Shown here: one piece after another, positions 57,584-64,000 of the stretch
How the letters are laid out: every line of letters begins with the position of its first letter
Position numbering within the stretch: the stretch's first letter is position 1
NCBI GenBank assembly: GCA_964649705.1
Contig: CAZYRM010000005.1
Span: 1,480 to 65,479 of the forward strand
DNA length: 64,000 bases
Direction of reading: 5' to 3'
DNA from: an uncultured Planctomycetia bacterium
GTDB taxonomy: Bacteria > Planctomycetota > MHYJ01 > WSZJ01 > CAZYRM01
Position numbers and translations under genes: made by a program
The notes under the pieces: generated by a model
Told to the model about the DNA's origin: nothing
The model's database searches: none
Seen by the model: the letters and a program-made list of their open reading frames with translations, nothing else

Positions 57584-58023
57584 GGTTGTCGTGAGGGACT
57601 CGTTCGGCCCATGGGCTGGACTCGTGAGGTAGCCGTGGGCCGCTGAGGAGGAAGTCGTGACGTGCTCGGCAGGCCGTCTCAACGAACCCACGAGGGACTC
57701 GCCTGGCACACGTTCGGCACTCGACGGCGAATAGCGGGGTCCTCGCCGGACGGTCGCGACATGCCCTTGAGCAGATCACCATGGGCTCGCATGGGCGTCT
57801 TCCGATCCACCTGCGGCGATCGCGAGGTTGAATTGAGTCGATCGTGAAGTGACTTCATGGCGATCGCCAGCAAATCGTCAACGACATGTCATGTGATCGC
57901 GATGTGATCGTCAGTGATTCATCAGTAGCACTCATGTAGCAATCACAGAACAATCACTGTACATTTGCATCTCATGAATCTACAGTGGATTGTGACGTTC
58001 CACTCTCGCAATGGAGGTGCAGC

Positions 58024-58359
58024 ATGGCCGAGGAGCCCCGTTCGAAGCGCCCCTATCGGAAGGCGATGAAGCGCGGCGTGGTCGTCGACCGCGATGGCGC
58101 AATCCGCTTCCTCAAGGCCTTCGGGTTCGCCGAAACCGACAAGCCCGGCGTCTTCATGCGCCAGGAGCAGCGCAAGACGCACGAGAGGCGCGCGGGCGCG
58201 CGCTACATCCAGGAGCTCGACCTCGAGCAGATCCTGGGTATGCCTGACGCCTGGCGGCGCTTCGTCCGCGACTGGAGCACCCGGCACCCCGACATCGCCA
58301 AGAAGCTCGATGAGGAGATCGAGAAGGAGGAGCGGAACAGGCCCGGACCGGCGAAGTAG
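58024..58359 (+). CDS. Hypothetical small protein (111 aa)
   Basis: ATG with GGAGGTG 5 nt upstream. Preceded by an AT-richer region with direct repeats (atgtgatcg x2). Confidence 0.5.
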   Translation: MAEEPRSKRPYRKAMKRGVVVDRDGAIRFLKAFGFAETDKPGVFMRQEQRKTHERRAGARYIQELDLEQILGMPDAWRRFVRDWSTRHPDIAKKLDEEIEKEERNRPGPAK

Positions 58360-58392
58360 CCCCCCTCTTCCGACCTCGAGAGTCGGGGCCCC

Positions 58393-58680
58393 ATGGCCCG
58401 AATGGAAGACTGCCTGCGCGCATTGGAGCTCGCCTGTCGAGTCGGCCCGGTCGCCCAGAACGCCGAGGCAGTCGTAGCCGGGGATCTGGGCGCTGGTCGC
58501 CTCACCGCCGACCCCGCTCGTCTCGCGGACCGCCTCCTCGTCTCCGCGAAGATCATCGACGCGCTGATGGAGCTCGTCTCGAGGATCGCCGAGGATGGCG
58601 AGGGGCCGTCGACGGACATGGCCATGCTGGCCTGCGACTTCAGGGGCCTGCGCGAAGGGGCCGAGGGACACGTGGAATGA
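58393..58680 (+). CDS. Standalone paralog of the N-terminal ~90-aa domain of kinase 59506..63663
   Basis: MARMEDCLRALELACRVGPVAQNAEAVVAG...ADRLLVSAKIIDAL aligns with MERTEACLLALQIAARLGVVPQETVDSAAA...ADRLLVSRPLVEAL of the kinase. Confidence 0.5.
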   Translation: MARMEDCLRALELACRVGPVAQNAEAVVAGDLGAGRLTADPARLADRLLVSAKIIDALMELVSRIAEDGEGPSTDMAMLACDFRGLREGAEGHVE

Positions 58681-58844
58681 CCGCTCCACTCGGGTGGGCG
58701 ACCTGCGTGGGCGCGTGTCGCCGGCGAGGACCTCCATCGCCGGGTCCTCCCGGCAGCCGCCGTGCCTTCGACCTGCGCCAGGTCGCCACGGAAGAGTCCG
58801 CTCTTGCGGCCGGTCGTCGCCTCGGCGTAGGATCATGGGGCATC

Positions 58845-59249
58845 ATGAACACTGATACCGAGCTCTTCAGAACGGTTGCCGACAAGGACTATCTCCATCT
58901 CCTGGACCAGGGTGAGCCCAGGGTTGGCAGGATCGCGGAGTTTCTTCACTTCGGGGACAAGGAGGTCGCAAGTGCGACGGGAGTGCCGCGCTCCTCGATT
59001 CGTCTGATCATCAGCAGAGTCCCAGACGAGGTCATGGAACGAATTCGGGAGTGGGCGCAGGCGCTCAATCTGGTCGCGCAGTTCTTTGAAGGCGACCACG
59101 AGAAGACCGTGCAGTGGTTCCTGATGCCCAATCCGCTCCTGGGCGGCATCACCCCTCGGGACATGATTCGGATCGGCCGTTTCCATCGACTCGCCCAGTT
59201 CATCCGGGTAGCCCTGGCCGAATCCCGCGCCCCTGAGCCCAAGGTCTAG
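58845..59249 (+). CDS. ParS/MbcA/Xre-like antitoxin (DUF2384 toxin-binding domain)
   Basis: The C-terminal W..pNp.LgG.TP..m......v pattern (QWFLMPNPLLGGITPRDMIRIGRFHRLAQFI) is typical of DUF2384 antitoxins paired with RES or ParT/MbcT toxins. Confidence 0.55.
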   Translation: MNTDTELFRTVADKDYLHLLDQGEPRVGRIAEFLHFGDKEVASATGVPRSSIRLIISRVPDEVMERIREWAQALNLVAQFFEGDHEKTVQWFLMPNPLLGGITPRDMIRIGRFHRLAQFIRVALAESRAPEPKV

Positions 59250-59254
59250 GGCGA

Positions 59255-59506
59255 GTGCCCGGAGGGGAAGGGATGGCACGGAAAGAGAGACGACCGCGGC
59301 CGCCCACGCTTATGGACGTGATCACGCTTGCCAGCCTCCATGAGGGCAAGCGGTTCGACAAGCGCGTCCGAGAATTCCACTGGAGGGTACACCCGGAGCC
59401 TGTCATGGCCAGGACTCTCCAAGTGAAGCGTCGGTGGGGCTTGCGCCGCGGCCCGCGCATCCTCGCGCAGATCCGCCGCGCCGTCGAGTGGTCGAAGTCG
59501 CGGTGA
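59255..59506 (+). pseudogene. Chimeric ORF: ~60 novel codons fused to the repeated last 20 codons of the helicase gene; probable remnant at the island's right junction
   Basis: The C-terminal RRGPRILAQIRRAVEWSKSR is identical to the helicase C-terminus, because it lies inside the 64-bp repeat. It occupies the position where a toxin partner of the upstream antitoxin would be expected. Confidence 0.4.
59443..59506 (+). repeat. Right copy of the 64-bp direct repeat; its terminal TGA overlaps the ATG of the kinase gene
   Basis: Identical to 45560..45623. Confidence 0.85.
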
Positions 59507-62500
59507 TGGAACGGACCGAGGCCTGCCTCCTGGCCCTGCAGATCGCGGCGCGGCTCGGCGTCGTCCCGCAGGAGACCGTCGACAGCGCGGCGGCGGAGAT
59601 GCTCGAAGGACGCCTCCTCCCCGAGCCGACCGCGCTCGCCGATCGGCTCCTCGTCTCGCGACCGCTCGTGGAGGCGCTGCTCGGCCTGGCGGCGACCCTG
59701 TCCACGGACGGCCAGGGCGAATCTACGGCCACGGCGAGGCTCGTGCAGGACCTTCGGGGGCTGCGTGACCTGGATCCCGAGGTGATTCCAGGCTCGATCG
59801 TCCCGCCCACACCCTCCGCGACGGTGGCCTCGCCCGCCGCGGCGCCCATTCCGGTAGAGGTCCGCGACGCCATGACGCGCGTCCATCGCCGCGTCGGACG
59901 GTACGTCCTTCTCTCCGAACTGGGCCACGGAGGGATGGGTATCGTCTACCGCGCGTGGGACCCCTCCCTCGCGCGCATCGTCGCGCTCAAGATGCTCCGC
60001 GGGGAGAGGGAGCAGGTCCTCCGAGAACGCTTCCTCCGCGAGGGGCGCGCGATGGCACGGCTCCGCCACCCGGGGATCATCGCCGTTCACGACGTCGGCG
60101 AGGAGGGGGGCGCGCCCTACCTCGCGATGGACTTCCTCCCGGGACGGACGATGCGCGAGGCGCTCGCGGCGGGGCGCATGGTGGGACTCAAGGACCGCGC
60201 CGCCCTCCTCAAGTCCGTCGCGGAGGCCGTCGGATTCGCCCACTCCCAGGGAATCGTCCATCGAGACCTCAAGCCCGACAACGTCCTCCTCGACGCGCAG
60301 GGCCGCCCCGTCGTGACCGACTTCGGCCTCATGCGCCAGGCCGGGGGGTCCACGGCCGAGACGTTGCCGACGCTGACCGAGGAGGGCGTGGTGCTCGGCA
60401 CGCCGGCGTACATGTCTCCCGAGCAGTCGCTCGGCGATCACGCGGTCGGGCCGACCTCGGACGTCTTCTCGCTCGGCGCGATGCTGTACGAGTGCATCAC
60501 GGGACGCATGCCGTTCGAGGGCTCCACGCTGCCGTCGCTCCTCGGGCGCGTCGCCGAGGCCAATCCCATCCCCCCGCGAATGGTCCGTCCAGGCGTGCCC
60601 CGCGGCATCGAGACCGTCTGCCTCAAGGCGCTCGAGAAGGACCCCTCGCGGCGGTATCCCGACGCCGCCGCCCTCGCCGCCGACCTCGGGAGGTGGATTG
60701 CGGGCGAACCCGTGGACGCCCGGCCGCCCACCCTCCTCCGCCGTGCCGGGCGGCTCGCAAGGCGGCACCCGAAGGCCACCTCGGCGGCGATCCTCCTCGG
60801 CGCGATCCTCGTGATCGGGGTGTCCCTCTGGCTCGTCCCCGGAACGCTCAACCTGAGGGTCCGTCCCGTCGGCGCCAGCGTGACGATCGAGGGACGCTCC
60901 TGGACCGCCACGGAGGGGCCTCTCCCGATCGACCTGCGGGCCGGCGCCTACGAGGTCGTCGTGGAGGCCTCCAACCACGACAGGCAGGTCCTCGGCGTGC
61001 GCGTCGAACGCGGGCGCTTCCGCGACGTGACCGTCGAGCTGCCGCATCACCAGGGGACCCTTGAGGCGGAGAGCGACACGCCGGGGTCCGAGATCGAGGT
61101 CGACGGCGTCGCCTACGGGTCGCGCGTCCGAAACCTCTCGCTCCCGACCGGACGCCACTCCGTGCGCGCGTGGTGCCAGGATCACCTCGAACGCGAGTGC
61201 GAGGTCGCCGTGCAGCGCGACCGGACGACGAGGATCTTCCTGTCGCTCGAACGCGGTGTGGTCTGGGCCAAGAGGCCGGTCCCCATCTCGGGGCTGCCTT
61301 ACTTCGCCACGGACGCGGACGACGACGGGGTCCAGGAGGTCGCCTGCCGCGAGGGCGCCGACCTCGTCCTCCGCAGGATCCAGGACGGCGCCGAGATGTG
61401 GCGCGCAAGGGTCGCAGAGAGCCTCCGGTTCAGCTTCCATGCCGTCGACTTCCGCGAGGACCGCCGGTTCCTCGTCGTCTCGCGCGAGGAGACATCGGGG
61501 CTCTTCGTCTCGTGCTGGGACCCGAAGAAGACGGGAACGGAGGCCCGCGTCTGGGAGTTCAGCGGGCCCAAGCAGTCGTGGAAACACCCTGCGCTCGTCC
61601 CGGTCGGCGTCCTGCCCGACCGGAACGGCGACGGCGTGCGCGACCTGGCCGTGGCGGGACGCGATCCGGCGATCTGGGTCATCGACGGCGCAAAGGGGAC
61701 TTCGATCGCGCGGCTCGCCACCCCGGTGTTCGCCGACTTCCTGACCACGATTTCCACCGACTCGGGGCTGGCGCTGCTCTTCGCGGGCAAGCCCACCGAC
61801 CCCGCCCTGCCGGCGGGCCAGGGTGCGGGCGAGACGAGGTTCGGCGTGGTGTCGATCGAGGACGGCAAGGAGGCGTGGGGGCGGAGCGTCGCGTCGGGAG
61901 GCCTGGTCTCCCCGATCGACGTCGACCACGACGGCGAATCCGAGGCCATCTGTTGCGAGCCCGGCGCGGTCAGCCTCTTCGATGGGCGGACTGGCGCCCT
62001 GCGTTGGGCCGCGAAGCTGTCGGCCACGACGACCGTGCCCCAGCCCACCTGGGCGGACGCGGATTCCGACGGCGTCGACGACGCCCTCGTGGCCGCAGGA
62101 CGTCGACTCTCCGCCTGGAGCGGGCGCAGCGGGGCGCGCCTGTGGGAGGTCGACTGCGTCGCCCCTTCCGCCGAGGCGCCCTACGCCGCGGAGGGCATCG
62201 TGATCATCCCGTCCGACGACTCCCTCTCCGCGTATGCCGTCTCGACGGGCCAGCCCCGCTGGAAGCTCATGGGACGCTACCGGGACCTCAGACCGACCGA
62301 CTGGGACGGCGATGGGCGGCACGAGTACTTCGCCGGACTGCGGGGCAGCGGCCTCGTCTGCATCGATGGCTCCGGAAGGACGCTCTGGACGCTGCGCGTC
62401 CCCTTCGACGTCGTGCCCGCCTGGGGCCAGTTCGACGTGGACGGCGACGGGCTCGGCGAGGTCGTCGCGTGCGTCGACGGATCGATGATCGCCCTCGTGC

Positions 62501-63663
62501 GGGGGCCGAGGAGGCTCTGGACGCGGACCGCGGCCGGTTCCCTCCTCGCGGCGCCGGTGGTCCTCGATACGGACGGTGACGGGCGGCCCGAGGTCGTCCA
62601 GCTCGGACCGTGGGGCGAGGACCGCTCGCTGGCATGCCTCGAAGGGGCCACGGGGACGATTCGCTGGGCCCGCACGGAGGTCCTCCCGCCGAACCGCGGG
62701 CCCGGCGTCGGCGACATCGACCGGGACGGCCGACCCGACCTCGTGCAGGCCGGCCTGCGCACCGTGAGGGCCGACCCGTTCCTCGCCGTCTTCCGCGCCT
62801 CGGACGGCCACCCCCTCCGCCTCTGGCCCCAGGAGGGAACCAAGGTCTACAGCGCCCCCGCCGTCGTCGACCTCGACCTGGACGGCCTCCTCGACGCTGT
62901 CATCCAGCGCTGGGACAAGCAGGATGTCCTCGCCGTCCGAGGCAGCGACGGGAAGACGCTGTGGACCCGTCCGGTGGGCGCGTTCGCGATGGGCGAGGCC
63001 GCGGTTGGCGACCTCGACGGCGACGGGAGGCCCGAGGTGGTCTCACCGGCGATGGACGGGGCGGTCCGCGCGCTGAGGGGCGCGGACGGCGAGCCGATCT
63101 GGACCGCGCGCATCGAGCCGGAGGGCTCGCGGGCGACGCCGACGATCGCGGACGTCGATGGGGACGCGCTGCCCGAGGTCCTCCTGGTCTCGCGCCGCGG
63201 GACGCTGTGGGTCCTCGACGGGAAGACCGGCCTGGAGAAGGAGTCCTTCCCCGGCGCCGCCGACCCTGTCGGGAGACCCGTCGTCGCGCGGACGCGCGAG
63301 GGGAAGCTGCTCGTGATCGCCTCCCAGGGCGACGCGGGAGTCGCCGCGATCGACGTCGCGGCGAGGGCTGCTTGCTGGCGAACGCGCGCCGGGATCCCCG
63401 TGATCGCCTCCCCCGCCGTAGCCGACTTCGGCGGGGACGGGCGCCTCGAGGTGGTCGTGGCGACGGCGACGGGCGTCCTCGCCGTGCTCGACCTGGAGTC
63501 GGGGCAGGCCCTGTGGCAGCTCCGCGTCTCCGAGCAGATCATCGAGGCGGCACCGGTCGTGGCCGATCTCGACGGCGACGGGACGCTCGACGTCCTCGTC
63601 GCCGATCACGCCGGCGTGCTCCAAGTCATCCACGGACGGGGGATCGCCGCGCGTCCCCGGTAG
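59506..63663 (+). CDS. Ser/Thr protein kinase with TM segment, two PEGA domains and a beta-propeller (FG-GAP/PQQ-like) sensor region
   Basis: GHGGMGIVYRAWD, HRDLKPDNVLL, DFGLMR. TM segment ILLGAILVIGVSLWLV. PEGA-like LRVRPVGASVTIEG. Repeated DxDGDG blades. Confidence 0.85.
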   Translation: MERTEACLLALQIAARLGVVPQETVDSAAAEMLEGRLLPEPTALADRLLVSRPLVEALLGLAATLSTDGQGESTATARLVQDLRGLRDLDPEVIPGSIVPPTPSATVASPAAAPIPVEVRDAMTRVHRRVGRYVLLSELGHGGMGIVYRAWDPSLARIVALKMLRGEREQVLRERFLREGRAMARLRHPGIIAVHDVGEEGGAPYLAMDFLPGRTMREALAAGRMVGLKDRAALLKSVAEAVGFAHSQGIVHRDLKPDNVLLDAQGRPVVTDFGLMRQAGGSTAETLPTLTEEGVVLGTPAYMSPEQSLGDHAVGPTSDVFSLGAMLYECITGRMPFEGSTLPSLLGRVAEANPIPPRMVRPGVPRGIETVCLKALEKDPSRRYPDAAALAADLGRWIAGEPVDARPPTLLRRAGRLARRHPKATSAAILLGAILVIGVSLWLVPGTLNLRVRPVGASVTIEGRSWTATEGPLPIDLRAGAYEVVVEASNHDRQVLGVRVERGRFRDVTVELPHHQGTLEAESDTPGSEIEVDGVAYGSRVRNLSLPTGRHSVRAWCQDHLERECEVAVQRDRTTRIFLSLERGVVWAKRPVPISGLPYFATDADDDGVQEVACREGADLVLRRIQDGAEMWRARVAESLRFSFHAVDFREDRRFLVVSREETSGLFVSCWDPKKTGTEARVWEFSGPKQSWKHPALVPVGVLPDRNGDGVRDLAVAGRDPAIWVIDGAKGTSIARLATPVFADFLTTISTDSGLALLFAGKPTDPALPAGQGAGETRFGVVSIEDGKEAWGRSVASGGLVSPIDVDHDGESEAICCEPGAVSLFDGRTGALRWAAKLSATTTVPQPTWADADSDGVDDALVAAGRRLSAWSGRSGARLWEVDCVAPSAEAPYAAEGIVIIPSDDSLSAYAVSTGQPRWKLMGRYRDLRPTDWDGDGRHEYFAGLRGSGLVCIDGSGRTLWTLRVPFDVVPAWGQFDVDGDGLGEVVACVDGSMIALVRGPRRLWTRTAAGSLLAAPVVLDTDGDGRPEVVQLGPWGEDRSLACLEGATGTIRWARTEVLPPNRGPGVGDIDRDGRPDLVQAGLRTVRADPFLAVFRASDGHPLRLWPQEGTKVYSAPAVVDLDLDGLLDAVIQRWDKQDVLAVRGSDGKTLWTRPVGAFAMGEAAVGDLDGDGRPEVVSPAMDGAVRALRGADGEPIWTARIEPEGSRATPTIADVDGDALPEVLLVSRRGTLWVLDGKTGLEKESFPGAADPVGRPVVARTREGKLLVIASQGDAGVAAIDVAARAACWRTRAGIPVIASPAVADFGGDGRLEVVVATATGVLAVLDLESGQALWQLRVSEQIIEAAPVVADLDGDGTLDVLVADHAGVLQVIHGRGIAARPR

Positions 63664-63773
63664 AAGTCGTCTCCGCCGACTCCCACAAGGCGCCTCGGCG
63701 GGCGCATCAATTGGCTGTCCGCCGCCGCGGGCCCTTGCTACCCTCCTTGCGCTCACATGAAGGGAGAGACTCC

Positions 63774-64000
63774 ATGAGAACCGCCACAGCCATTCTCCTC
63801 GCATCCCTGGCGCTCGTTGTCGGCTGCAGCACCGGACCCGGCGCCGGCTCGGGCGGCGGCGTCCGCCTCACGCTCGGCGGGTCGGCCGGCTCGCCGCGCA
63901 ACGAGACGGCCTCGTGCCCCCACTCGACACCCGCCTGCGAGGGGTGCCGCGCAAAGACAGGACGGGCGGAGCCCCACGCCGGCCTGACGCTCGCCATCGA
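63774..64000 (+). CDS. Lipoprotein, N-terminal fragment (runs off the window)
   Basis: AGGGAGAG 6 nt upstream. Lipobox LALVVGC. Confidence 0.5.
   Translation, partial: MRTATAILLASLALVVGCSTGPGAGSGGGVRLTLGGSAGSPRNETASCPHSTPACEGCRAKTGRAEPHAGLTLAI

Overview
High-GC (~70%) bacterial chromosomal window, gene content reminiscent of Myxococcota-like deltaproteobacteria (tandem Ser/Thr kinases with TPR domains, many secreted and lipoproteins). The six-frame track is crowded with antisense and frame artefacts. I kept only ORFs with recognisable domains, signal peptides, Shine-Dalgarno-supported starts or ATGA/GTGA coupling. All coordinates include the stop codon, as the ORF track does.

Layout:
(i) 1-5.3 kb: a minus-strand SDR / FAD-oxidoreductase operon plus a TPR protein.
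(ii) 5.5-11.9 kb: two tandem paralogous Ser/Thr kinase-TPR genes.
(iii) 12-15.9 kb: secreted and membrane proteins and a MazEF-like TA pair.
(iv) 15.9-21.3 kb: a MITE, a segmental duplication with a decayed enoyl-CoA hydratase copy, a large hypothetical gene and a HEPN/MNT pair.
(v) 19.4-29.4 kb: a long, tightly packed minus-strand gene array. It holds a TOMM-type RiPP cassette (E1-like C protein, YcaO, SagB-type dehydrogenase), a Cys/Thr-rich Gly-zipper peptide and a solo Cas10/Cmr2-like palm-domain protein with no other cas genes or CRISPR array. Next come a P-loop ATPase and a thioredoxin-like/HEAT protein whose CxxC cysteine is replaced by an in-frame TGA, a selenoprotein candidate.
(vi) 30-40.8 kb: secreted proteins, an amidase, rpsT, def and a striking 62-bp AT-rich palindrome.
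(vii) 41-63.7 kb: a 1528-aa DUF4011 / SF1-helicase / DUF559 protein, originally coupled to a kinase with PEGA and beta-propeller domains. The pair is now split by a ~13.9-kb island bounded by perfect 64-bp direct repeats. The island carries an AAA ATPase + S8 peptidase pair, a complete type I RM system with two tandem hsdM genes, a degenerate repeat-rich region and an orphan ParS/MbcA-like antitoxin.

The most interesting candidates are the orphan Cas10-like/ATPase/selenoprotein/TOMM array and the repeat-bounded defence island.
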